DNA of 64,000 bases from Acidobacteriota bacterium. Lineage in GTDB: Bacteria; Acidobacteriota; UBA4820; DSQY01. Below the pieces are notes generated by a model that did no database searches, was not told where the DNA came from, and worked only from the letters and a program-made list of their open reading frames with translations. Made by a program: the position numbers and the translations under genes. Shown in pieces: positions 1 to 8,709 of the stretch. The stretch covers positions 19,227 to 83,226 of the forward strand of contig JAJYLT010000007.1 in the NCBI GenBank assembly GCA_021787565.1, read 5' to 3'. Within the stretch, counting starts at the first letter, position 1. Each line of letters begins with the position of its first letter.

Positions 1-1679
1 GAGAGGCGATAGACGGGCTGCTTCCGGTACTCTTCGAAATCCCGGTAGAGGCTCCCGCTTGAAAGCCACCGCCTGCTCCGGTAGGCCGCGCCCGGAATGT
101 AGAACATGGAGCCTCGCAGAGAGGGGTAGAGCGAATCGGCATGGATCGAGGTGAACACCACCCGGTGGGGATCCACCCCCTCCTTCTGGAGCCGCAGGAA
201 GTAGTGATTGGCCAGGTACCAGCGAAGGTTGACCTCCACGTGCGTCTCCCTGTCGGTGGTCTGGTGGAACCACGGGTGGGTGAGGATCACGGCACCCGTG
301 TTAGGCGTCAGGCGCTCCTTGTCCTGGGGACGGTAGCCGAGCTGGGGATCCAGCAGGGTCATGAGCACGCGGGCCTTGGTCCGGCGCTCCAGCCCCTCGT
401 GGATGCGGCAGGCGATGTCGTAGACGTAGGAGTCCTCCCACACGTTGTTGGCCATGGCCCCGCGGTCCAGTCCTCCGTGGCCCGGGTCCAGAATCACCAC
501 CACGCCGTCCAAGGCGGCGTTCTTGTAGGTGTTCGTGAACCGGGCGGCCTCGGCCTGCTGCTTGGCCCACGCCTGGTACTGGGAGCTGCCCGGCGGCAGG
601 TACTGCGGCAGGAGATCATCGAGGGGGATCTTGACGGGATAGCCCACGGGGATGCCCGTCACGTGCTCGATGCCTGAGCGCTTGGCGATGGCCAAGGCCA
701 TGGCGTTCACGTCCTCCGCGTTCACGTTGCCGGTGAATCGCACGACCACCGAGCTGTAGAGCGCCTCGCCGGCCCTGAGACGGTACACCGCGTAAGGCCC
801 CTGCGAATCGCGCCCGTAGGTCAACGGAGAGGCAGCCGGAGGCACGGGGCCGCCGGCTTGGCTGGCCGCCGTCTCGGGCGGCTGGGCCGGTTCTCCCCCT
901 GGCGCCGCCGGAGGGGACTGCACGGCAGGGCCGGAGCCCGGAGAGGTTTGCTCCTCCGGAGTGGGAGGGCTGATGATCTTGAGGGTTTCGGGAAGCGTTG
1001 CACCCGCCGCGCCCTTTTCCTCCGCTGACGGGACGGTCGGCTGAGGGGGCGCAGGCGGTTTCTCTCCGGCGGCAGGTTGCTGGTGCGGTGTGGGAGGCAG
1101 GCCGGGACCGGGCGGAGGCGGAGGACCTTTTATGGACCGGAGGTTGTCCAGGAGGAGGCCTTCGGGAATCAGCACGTCCGTGCCTAGCCTCGGATGGGCT
1201 GGCAGCTTCGGATTCGCGTGCCTGAGTGAGCCCGCATTGCGGACCGAGCCCGTGAACCAAGCCGCCGCCTCCGTCCAGGTCTCCCTGCCTCCCGTGGAAG
1301 GTTGTCCCCAGACGTGCTCCCACCCTCCCGAGGTCCGTCTGTCTTTGGGAAAGAGGGCTTTGAGAGCTTCCGCGCGGTAGGCCGGGAGGAGGAGGTCCAA
1401 GGGGACCCTCACCTCCGTGAGACGGCGGTGGCGGGGCTTGGGATTGAATCGCTCGATGGCCGCCGCGTTCTCGTGGTCGCCGGTGTAACGGCGCGCAACC
1501 CAGGCGAATCCCCCGCGACGCGGCATGGGCACCCGCAGAAAGATGGCGCCTTCCAGGCAGGCCCTCCGCCCGTCCCGCGTTGGAACGGGCTGGGGCCGCG
1601 GCACCGCCGCCCGAGACCAGGGGAGGGCCATCATCAGAACGGCCAAGGAGACCAGGAGCCAGGCCATGGAGCGTCTCAT
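1..1679 (-). CDS. N-acetylmuramoyl-L-alanine amidase (Amidase_3) with signal peptide and degenerate LysM-like repeats; 3' end outside window
   Basis: Absent from the ORF track because it is truncated. Manual translation from ATG 1679 gives MRRSMAWLLVSLAVLMMALP... then VVILDPGHGGLDRGAMANNVWED and FTSIHADSL, the Amidase_3 zinc motifs; a Pro-rich linker lies between. Confidence 0.85.
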   Translation of the reverse strand, partial: MRRSMAWLLVSLAVLMMALPWSRAAVPRPQPVPTRDGRRACLEGAIFLRVPMPRRGGFAWVARRYTGDHENAAAIERFNPKPRHRRLTEVRVPLDLLLPAYRAEALKALFPKDRRTSGGWEHVWGQPSTGGRETWTEAAAWFTGSVRNAGSLRHANPKLPAHPRLGTDVLIPEGLLLDNLRSIKGPPPPPGPGLPPTPHQQPAAGEKPPAPPQPTVPSAEEKGAAGATLPETLKIISPPTPEEQTSPGSGPAVQSPPAAPGGEPAQPPETAASQAGGPVPPAASPLTYGRDSQGPYAVYRLRAGEALYSSVVVRFTGNVNAEDVNAMALAIAKRSGIEHVTGIPVGYPVKIPLDDLLPQYLPPGSSQYQAWAKQQAEAARFTNTYKNAALDGVVVILDPGHGGLDRGAMANNVWEDSYVYDIACRIHEGLERRTKARVLMTLLDPQLGYRPQDKERLTPNTGAVILTHPWFHQTTDRETHVEVNLRWYLANHYFLRLQKEGVDPHRVVFTSIHADSLYPSLRGSMFYIPGAAYRSRRWLSSGSLYRDFEEYRKQPVYRL

Positions 1680-1890
1680 GCTGTCATCCTCAACCTTGGT
1701 GCCGACCGGCGCAGAAAGGGGGTGGCTATACAAGATTTGGTATCGGCCCGCGAGACGGCCACCGAAAGAAGGGTTGAAAGGGGAAGGAAACGGACGGCTG
1801 GGGTGAGGGTACGGGGCTGGTCCGGCAACCTCTGCATCTCGCCTCCTGCCTCACAGTATAGAAAAAGGCCGCCCTCAGGCCAAGGCCATA

Positions 1891-1925
1891 GAAGTGAGAA
1901 GTGAGAAGTGAGAAGTGAGAAGTGA
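1891..1925. repeat. Heptamer tandem repeat (GAAGTGA)x5
   Basis: Five perfect units read directly; another partial unit near 2026-2036. Confidence 0.95.
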
Positions 1926-1954
1926 GGAGCAAGAACCCCCTCCCCATGACGGCC

Positions 1955-1978
1955 GTAGGAGCGCTCTCCAGAGCGCGA
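1955..1978 (+). repeat. Single GTAG-type REP
   Basis: GTAGGA-GCGCTC-TCCA-GAGCGC-GA; same layout as the REPs at 40068 and 44822. Confidence 0.7.
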
Positions 1979-2188
1979 TGGGTGGAGGGGGCACCACGCA
2001 GCGGCTTCTGGTGACCGCCAGTGGGGAAGTGAGAAGAAGGGTGCGGAGGGCCATGAGGGCAGGCGGCCTCCTCGTCGTGGCCCGCAAGATCCCTTGTGCG
2101 CCATCACGGGACCGGGGCGGGACCGGAGCGAGCGCGGGAGGGGTTGAGAGCTGGGCCGGCCCAGGTGCACACTCTAAGGGGAGGCTTC

Positions 2189-3193
2189 ATGGCCAGAAAG
2201 CCCGGGTTTCTTGCCGATCTCAAGTCCCGGCGCGCGCTGTTCGAGGTGCGAGCGCGCTATCTCGGTGCGGTGAGGAGCTTTTTCCATCGCGGCGGCTTTC
2301 TGGAGGTGGACCCTCCTTGTCTGGTTCCGGCGGCCGGCATGGAACCGCACCTCGACCCCTTCCTCGTCCGCGGGTGGGCCTCGGGCCGGGAGGCCTACCT
2401 GCCCACCTCCCCAGAATTCTACCTGAAGAAGCTGCTGGCCTCGGGGGTCGATCGCTGTTTCGCCCTGGCGCCGGCCTTCCGGGACGAGCCGGCCTCCCAC
2501 GGGCACAGCCCCGAATTCCTGATGCTCGAATGGTACCGGCGGGGTTCCTCGCGGCGTCATCTGATGCAGGATTGCGCGGGCTTGCTGTCGAAGCTGGGGA
2601 GAGGCTTTCTGCGGGGGGGGGCGCTGGAGCGCGAGGGCCGGAGGTACGAGCTGGACAAGGGCCTGGAGGTGCTCACCCTGTCGGAGGCGTTCCAGCGCTT
2701 CGCCGGGTGCGACTGGCTCGAACCGGACTCCATCGAAGCATGGCGCAAGCTGGCCCGGCGCCACGGGGCCGAGGGGACCGAGGCGTGGGACGAGAACGAC
2801 TGCTTCTCCTTCCTCATGCTCGTGAAGGTGGAACCGGGCTTGGCCCGCATACCGCGCCCGGCGGTCGTGGAGGGGTTTCCCGCATTCCAGGCGGCGCTGG
2901 CCAAGCTCAGGACGGGGGATTCTCGCATCGCGGAGCGCTTCGAGCTCTATCTGGCCGGCGTGGAGCTGGCCAACGCCTATTCGGAATTGACCGATCCCAT
3001 GGAGCAGCGGGAGCGGTACAAGCGATACCAGGAGGAGCGCCTCCGGCAGGGCAAGCCCGCCCACCCCGCCGATTCCCAGTTTTTCCGGGCGGTTGCCCAC
3101 CTGCCGGAGTGCGTGGGGATCGCTCTCGGAGCGGACCGGCTGCTGGCGCTCCTGCTGGGCGAGAGCGTGCCTCGGGTAAGGCATGGATGTTGA
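2189..3193 (+). CDS. epmA: EF-P lysine aminoacylase (LysRS-like GenX/PoxA)
   Basis: GMEPHLDPF, YLPTSPEFYLKKLLA, FRDE..HSPEFLMLEWYR, AERFELY..GVELANAYSELTD, GIALGADRL; GGAGG before ATG 2189. Confidence 0.93.
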   Translation: MARKPGFLADLKSRRALFEVRARYLGAVRSFFHRGGFLEVDPPCLVPAAGMEPHLDPFLVRGWASGREAYLPTSPEFYLKKLLASGVDRCFALAPAFRDEPASHGHSPEFLMLEWYRRGSSRRHLMQDCAGLLSKLGRGFLRGGALEREGRRYELDKGLEVLTLSEAFQRFAGCDWLEPDSIEAWRKLARRHGAEGTEAWDENDCFSFLMLVKVEPGLARIPRPAVVEGFPAFQAALAKLRTGDSRIAERFELYLAGVELANAYSELTDPMEQRERYKRYQEERLRQGKPAHPADSQFFRAVAHLPECVGIALGADRLLALLLGESVPRVRHGC

Positions 3194-3245
3194 GCGAGGT
3201 GGAGGGTGAAGGGGAAGAGGGGGGCTTTTCCCTATACTCGTAATC

Positions 3246-3637
3246 ACCCCTGTCCAAAATAGGCCGCTTTACCGGCTCCGAACCACGGCTGGGTCTCGGC
3301 CGCGCCTTTGGCGCGGCGCTGGGGGCCTGGTCCGGGCGCGACCACGCGAGCGTGGCCGCGCTCCGTCCGCAGTCCCTCAGCCGCGCTTCGGGCACCAGCC
3401 CCAGCCTTGTCTGGGGTGGACCCTCCCCCCACCCTCCATGGGTGCGCCGGCGGCGACGGACCTCCTGCTTCGTCAGCCTTCGGCGTCCGCATCCTCAGCG
3501 TACGGGGAGTACGCTTGCGGTGCTGCCGCCTCGTCTTTCTCGCATGAGGCCCATCGGCGCCGGGACGCGCCTTCCTCCGCTTCGCTCCGGAAGGCAAAAC
3601 GCACAAATGCGAGCTGAAATTGTCTTGGACAGCCATG
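3246..3637. mobile_element. MITE-like non-coding element with 10 bp flanking direct repeat
   Basis: ACTCGTAATC at 3236-3245 and 3638-3647; inner inverted repeat CTGTCCAA (3250-3257) / TTGGACAG (3625-3632); hairpin-rich interior. Confidence 0.65.
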
Positions 3638-3679
3638 ACTCGTAATCTTTGGTGTCTTGGTGGTGATGCTGTTCCTTTT

Positions 3680-5416
3680 CTAGCCCTTCGCTCCGCCCAC
3701 GGCCGTCTTGACCAGCTCGGCGACCTCCGCTCCCGTTCTGGCCTTGAGCGCTTTCTTCGCCAGCTTCTGGCAGGCGCGCAGGGAGAGGTTCCGGATGTGG
3801 TTCTTGACCTCCAGGACGGAGGAGGGGGTCATGGAGAGCTCGGAGACGCCGAGACCCACCAGCAGCGGGGTCATCATGGGATCGGCCGCGGCCTCGCCGC
3901 AGACGGTGACGGGCTTGCCCTCCGCCGCCGCCGCGTCGCACACATGGGCGATGCACTTGAGCACGGCCGGGTGCATGGGATCGTAGAGGTGGGCCACGGA
4001 GTCGTTGTTCCGGTCGATGGCCAGCAGGTACTGGATGAGGTCGTTGGTGCCGATGCTGAAGAAGTCCACCAGGGGGGCGTAGGCCTCGGCGGTGAGGGCG
4101 CAGGAGGGCACCTCCACCATGATGCCCACGGGGATGTGCTCGTCGAAGGGGACGCCGTCGGCCTTGAGCTCCCGCTTGCAGGCCTCCAGGTGGTCCGAGG
4201 CCTGCTGGTACTCCTGCAGCGTGGTGATCATGGGGAAGAGGATCGCCAGGTTCTTGCGTTTGGACGCGCTCAGGATGCCCCTGAGCTGGGTCCGGAAGAT
4301 CTCGGGTTGCCTCAGGCAGAAGCGGATGGCCCTGACCCCGAGCACGGGGTTGCGCTCGGTGCGGTCCAGGACGGCGTGGAAGTACTTCTCGCCCCCGAGA
4401 TCCAGGGTCCGGATGACCACGCGGTGGGGATAGAAGGCCTGGGCGATTCGGTCGTAATACCCGAGGTGATCCTCCTCCGTGGGCAGGTCGGGCGAGTGAT
4501 CGAGGAAGAGGAACTCGCTGCGGTAGAGGCCCACGCCGCTGGCGCCCGCGGCCAGGGCGCTGCCGATCTCGTCCGTGAGGTCGAGGTTGGCCGTCACGCG
4601 GATCAGCGTGCCGTCGACCGTCCGGGCCTCCTTGCGGGCCTGTCCCAGAATGGCCTTGCGATGGCGCTGGTACGCCTCGGCCCGCCGTTCGTACTCGGCC
4701 AGCTCGGCTTCGCTCGGATTGAGGATGACCAGACCCTCAAGGCCGTCCACGATGACCGTCCCGTGGGACTCGGCGGTCTTGGTGAGGCCCTTGACGCCCA
4801 CCACGGCTGGGATCTCCAGCGAGCGGGCGATGATGGCGGTGTGGGAGGTGCGGGCCCCGTGCTCCGTCGCGAAGGCCACGATGGGGGCGTTGTGGAGGGT
4901 GCTCGTCTCCGAGGGGGTGAGGGTGTCCGCCAGGATCACGACGCGCTCCCCGGACGTCCAGGTGGTCTTCTCCGGAAGGGGGCCAGCCAGGTGCTGCTGC
5001 ACCCTGCGATGCAGCCCCTCCACGTCCATGGCCCTCTCCTGGAAATAGGGATCGTCCGTGGCCATCAGCCCCCGGACCATGTCCTGGATGGAACCCTGCA
5101 GGGCGTACTCGGCGTTGACCCCGCTCCGTTCGATGCGGGCCTTGGCCCCCCTCAATAGGGCCGGATCTTTCAGGATGATGACGTGGGCGTCGAAGATGGC
5201 GAGGAAGTCTTCGCTCAACCGGCTTCGGGCCCGCTCCTTGAGGTTCTCCACGTCCCCGATCGTGGCCTCCAAGGCCTTTCTCAGGCGCTCCACCTCGCCG
5301 GAGGCGGCCTCCGGTGCGATGGAGGTCTTCACCACGGGGATCTCCTGAACCAGGATGATCTGCGAGGTTCCGATGGCGATTCCCGGAGAGACGGGAGTCC
5401 CCGTGAGACGGGTCAT
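3680..5416 (-). CDS. ptsI: PTS enzyme I (phosphoenolpyruvate-protein phosphotransferase)
   Basis: GTPVSPGIAIG, GARTSHTAIIARSLEIPAVVG (phospho-His), GVGLYRSEFLF, EVPS, FFSIGTNDLIQY, VCGEAA; start re-placed at MTRLTG. Confidence 0.96.
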   Translation of the reverse strand: MTRLTGTPVSPGIAIGTSQIILVQEIPVVKTSIAPEAASGEVERLRKALEATIGDVENLKERARSRLSEDFLAIFDAHVIILKDPALLRGAKARIERSGVNAEYALQGSIQDMVRGLMATDDPYFQERAMDVEGLHRRVQQHLAGPLPEKTTWTSGERVVILADTLTPSETSTLHNAPIVAFATEHGARTSHTAIIARSLEIPAVVGVKGLTKTAESHGTVIVDGLEGLVILNPSEAELAEYERRAEAYQRHRKAILGQARKEARTVDGTLIRVTANLDLTDEIGSALAAGASGVGLYRSEFLFLDHSPDLPTEEDHLGYYDRIAQAFYPHRVVIRTLDLGGEKYFHAVLDRTERNPVLGVRAIRFCLRQPEIFRTQLRGILSASKRKNLAILFPMITTLQEYQQASDHLEACKRELKADGVPFDEHIPVGIMVEVPSCALTAEAYAPLVDFFSIGTNDLIQYLLAIDRNNDSVAHLYDPMHPAVLKCIAHVCDAAAAEGKPVTVCGEAAADPMMTPLLVGLGVSELSMTPSSVLEVKNHIRNLSLRACQKLAKKALKARTGAEVAELVKTAVGGAKG

Positions 5417-5682
5417 TCCCCCTCCCCGAAACGGTCCTGGATGAGATGCTCGATTTGGGACAGCGCCTCCGCCTCGTCGGGGCCGTCGACCTCGATGATC
5501 AGCGGCGTGTCCTTGGCCGCCGCGAGGGTCAGTACGCCGAGGATGGACTTGGCGTCGGCGCACATCTGGTTGGTGGTCAGGGAGACCTGCGCCTGAAACT
5601 GGTTGGCGATCTGGACGAGCTTGGCGGCGGCCCTGGCGTGCAGGCCCAGCCTGTTGCAGACCGTCACCTCTTTTCGAATCAT
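5413..5682 (-). CDS. ptsH: HPr phosphocarrier protein
   Basis: MIRKEVTVCNRLGLHARAAAKLV and DAKSILGVL (His15 and Ser46 equivalents); 89 aa. Confidence 0.95.
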   Translation of the reverse strand: MIRKEVTVCNRLGLHARAAAKLVQIANQFQAQVSLTTNQMCADAKSILGVLTLAAAKDTPLIIEVDGPDEAEALSQIEHLIQDRFGEGE

Positions 5683-6104
5683 CCCTCCTCCCCTCCTTCG
5701 GGGCTCATCACTTCGCTCACCGAGACGATGGCGCCCTGGCCCTTCTCGCGCAGGAGCGCCACGGCCTCGGCCAGTGGCGTGCCCGCCTTGCGGGTGAGGA
5801 TGGCCTTGATCAGCATGGGAAGGTTCATGCCCGTGAGAATCTCCACTTTGCCAGGCTGGTAGAGGGTCATGGCCAGATTGGTGGGCGTGCCGCCGAAGAG
5901 GTCGGTCAGGATCAGAACCCCCTCGCTCTTCTCCTGGACCTTCTTGAGCATCTTCCGGATCTTCTCTTTGGCGGCCGATGACTCCAGCTCCCAGGGGATG
6001 CAGACGGGACTCACCCCGCCGTCCGGGTCTCCCAAGATCCTGGAGGCCACGTCCACGAACTCCTGGGCCAGATTCCCGTGGCTCACGACCAGTATGCCTA
6101 GCAT
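5679..6104 (-). CDS. PTS EIIA component, mannose/fructose family
   Basis: MLGILVVSHGNLA, LILTDLFGGTPTN, GMNLPML. Confidence 0.93.
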   Translation of the reverse strand: MLGILVVSHGNLAQEFVDVASRILGDPDGGVSPVCIPWELESSAAKEKIRKMLKKVQEKSEGVLILTDLFGGTPTNLAMTLYQPGKVEILTGMNLPMLIKAILTRKAGTPLAEAVALLREKGQGAIVSVSEVMSPEGGEEG

Positions 6105-6106
6105 GA

Positions 6107-6982
6107 TCACCTCGCGCGGTCTCGGTGGTGGAGGTTGACGAGGAGACCGCATTCCTCCCGGAAGATATCATACAAGCGCCGGGCCACCGCAACGGAGCGG
6201 TGGCGTCCGCCGGTGCAGCCGATGGCCACCGTCAGGTAGGCCTTGCCCTCCTTCTGGTAGCGCGGCACCAGGTACCGCAGGAAGCTCTCGATCCGCTCCA
6301 GGAACTCCTTTCCCTCGGGGGACCCGCAGACGAAGTCGAAGACCGCCGGGTCCTCTCCGTTCAGGGGGCGAAGCTCCGGGATGAAGTGGGGATTGGGAAG
6401 GAAGCGAACGTCGAAGACCAGGGTGGCTTCGGGCGGAAGGCCGTAGGCGAAGCCGAAGGAGGTCAGGTTCACGGTCAGCTTGCGGCTGCCGGCCAGGGAG
6501 GCCAGGCCCTCCTCGATGACCGTCTTGAGCTGGTGGATGGTGAGGGAGCTGGTGTCCACGATCCAGTCGGATCTCTCCCGGATGAGCTCCAGGCGGGCCC
6601 GCTCCAGCTGGATCCCCTCCTCCACCGAGCCCTTCGGGGTGAGGGGATGGGGCCTTCGGGTCTCGGAGAAGCGCCTGAGAAGGACGTCGTCGCTCGCCTC
6701 GACGAAGAGGATCCGCACGTCCAGCGGCGATTTTTTTAGGACGTCGTAGAGCGTGGGGAACCTCTCGTCGAGCTTCTCTTCCCGCAGGTCGAGGCCCAGC
6801 GCCACCAGGGGGCCGAGCTCGCCGCCGGCCCCTTCGATGAGTTCGAGAAACTTGGAGAAGAGCTCCAGGGGAAGGCGCTCCACGCAGTAGAATCCCGCGT
6901 CCTCAAGGGTCCGGATGACCTGGCTCTTGCCGGCGCCCGACATGCCGGTGACGATGATGAGGGTTCTATGGCTCGGGTTCAT
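6107..6982 (-). CDS. rapZ: RNase adapter RapZ / YvcJ family P-loop protein
   Basis: IVTGMSGAGKS, RRFSETRRPHPL, FDVRFLPNP, IGCTGGRHRSV, HRD. Confidence 0.95.
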   Translation of the reverse strand: MNPSHRTLIIVTGMSGAGKSQVIRTLEDAGFYCVERLPLELFSKFLELIEGAGGELGPLVALGLDLREEKLDERFPTLYDVLKKSPLDVRILFVEASDDVLLRRFSETRRPHPLTPKGSVEEGIQLERARLELIRERSDWIVDTSSLTIHQLKTVIEEGLASLAGSRKLTVNLTSFGFAYGLPPEATLVFDVRFLPNPHFIPELRPLNGEDPAVFDFVCGSPEGKEFLERIESFLRYLVPRYQKEGKAYLTVAIGCTGGRHRSVAVARRLYDIFREECGLLVNLHHRDRAR

Positions 6983-7937
6983 CGACGTTCGCCTCGAGCA
7001 TCTGCTGCAGCCGCCGGGTGAAGTCCTTGGCGGAGTGGACACCCTTTCGTTTCAGCAGGAGGTTGCGGACCGCCACCTCCAGCAGGATGGTGATGTTTCG
7101 GCCGGGGGCCACGGGCATCAGGAGGTAGGGGACGGGCAGGCCCAGGATGGAGATGGTCAGTTCGTCCAGCCCGAGGCGGTCGTAGTTGCCGCTCTCCCGC
7201 CAGTGCTCCAGCTCCACCACCAGCTCGACCTCCACCTGCGAGCGGGTGGCGACCACGCCGAACAGCTCCTTGATGTTGATGATCCCCAGTCCGCGAAGCT
7301 CCATGTGGTAGCGGAGCAGCTCGGGGGCCGTGCCGGTGAGGTGGTCGGCCTGCCGCCGGATCTCCACGACGTCGTCGCTCACCAGCCGGTGCCCGCGGAC
7401 GATGAGGTCCAGGGCGCTCTCCGACTTGCCGATGGAGCCGCGGCCAATGATGAGCAGCCCCACGCCGTATACGTCCACCAGCACGCCGTGGACCGACAGG
7501 ACGGGGGCCAGGGCCGACATCAGCACGTCGGTGACCTGGTTGATGACGAGCGAGGATTTCTCGGTGGAGGTCAGGAGGGGAGTATCCGTGCCTTCCGCCA
7601 GGGTGACCAGCTCTTCGGGCGGGGGGAGTCCCTTGGTGAGCAGGAAGCAGCAGATCCCGCGCTCGAAGATGGGCTGCAGGATCTTGAGCCGATCCTCCCC
7701 GCTCCACCGGTTCAGGTAGGAGATCTCGGTCTCGCCCAGGATCTGGATGCGCTCGGGGTGGATGTACTCGTGGACCCCCGCCAGCGCGAGGCCCGGCTTC
7801 TGGATCCGGGGGCTTTCGATCTCCCTGTCCAGGCCGCCCCGGCCGGCCGTCACGCTTATGCGCAGAGAGGAGAAGAGGTCCACGAACTGGTGGACCGACA
7901 TGCGGGGGTGGATCTCCTGCCCGGCGAGGGTCTTCAT
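6966..7937 (-). CDS. hprK: HPr kinase/phosphorylase
   Basis: RIQKPGLALAG, HGVLVDVYGVGLLIIG..IGKSESAL, HRLVSDD, MELRGLGIINI, PVAPGRN. Confidence 0.95.
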   Translation of the reverse strand: MKTLAGQEIHPRMSVHQFVDLFSSLRISVTAGRGGLDREIESPRIQKPGLALAGVHEYIHPERIQILGETEISYLNRWSGEDRLKILQPIFERGICCFLLTKGLPPPEELVTLAEGTDTPLLTSTEKSSLVINQVTDVLMSALAPVLSVHGVLVDVYGVGLLIIGRGSIGKSESALDLIVRGHRLVSDDVVEIRRQADHLTGTAPELLRYHMELRGLGIINIKELFGVVATRSQVEVELVVELEHWRESGNYDRLGLDELTISILGLPVPYLLMPVAPGRNITILLEVAVRNLLLKRKGVHSAKDFTRRLQQMLEANVDEPEP

Positions 7938-8132
7938 GCGGAGTCACCTCTTAGAGGGGAGCGTGGCCGCTGAGTGGAGAGTGCCGCCATGGAGACTCCG
8001 GGGGACAAGGGACAGGGGATAGGAGAGACCCGCGGCACCGCCCGCCCGTTCCTTTCGGCATCTCCTCATCTCCTCTTCTCGGGGGACGCGAGGCGCGAGA
8101 ACCCCCCATTCCAAATCCCTCCGGCTTCCGGA

Positions 8133-8690
8133 TTATCTCTTGTGCGGCGGCTCCACGAGGGAGATCCGGCCAGCCTTGTCGCGGAAGAGCACGCACAACC
8201 TCCCCGTGACGGGGTCCTGGAAGACCACCACCGGGTCGTCCTGCTCGGCGAGCCGCAGGGCCGCGTCGGGCAGGCTCATGGGTTTGGGATTGAAGAGATC
8301 GTCGCGCCGGCGAACCCGCGGGACCTTCCTGGTCTTTGCGGGGCCCTCCTCATCCTCCTCCTCGGCCTCCTTTGGAGCGGCCGGGGCCACGGTCTTGCTC
8401 CGGCCTGCCATGCGCTTGTCCTTGTCCTTCTTGGACTGCTGTTCGATGGCGTCGGCCGCGTCGTTGATGGCCATGTACATGTCCTCGGCCAGGCCCTTGG
8501 CCTTGTAGATCCGGTCGTGACCGCAATGGACCATCAGGGTCACGCGGTGCAGGTGGCGCTCCACCTCGAAGGAAGCGTGGGCTGATACGATTGATCCGGT
8601 GAACCGCTCCAGCTTGGCGATCTTCTTCTCGGCCTTGTTTCGCAGGGCGTCGGTGATGGACAGGTTCTTTCCCGAAAATTCCAGTCGCAT
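8133..8690 (-). CDS. hpf: Ribosome hibernation promoting factor, long form (RaiA/HPF)
   Basis: GKNLSITDALR, DMYMAINDAADAIEQQ, C-terminal KPMSLPDA domain; directly downstream of rpoN. Confidence 0.9.
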   Translation of the reverse strand: MRLEFSGKNLSITDALRNKAEKKIAKLERFTGSIVSAHASFEVERHLHRVTLMVHCGHDRIYKAKGLAEDMYMAINDAADAIEQQSKKDKDKRMAGRSKTVAPAAPKEAEEEDEEGPAKTRKVPRVRRRDDLFNPKPMSLPDAALRLAEQDDPVVVFQDPVTGRLCVLFRDKAGRISLVEPPHKR

Positions 8691-8709
8691 CGCTCGCTCC
8701 TTATGAAGA

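Noticed and set aside
2096-3193. Lysyl-tRNA synthetase, or a second novel aaRS paralog
   Set aside because: Motifs match ordinary EpmA; efp and epmB are simply not in this window.
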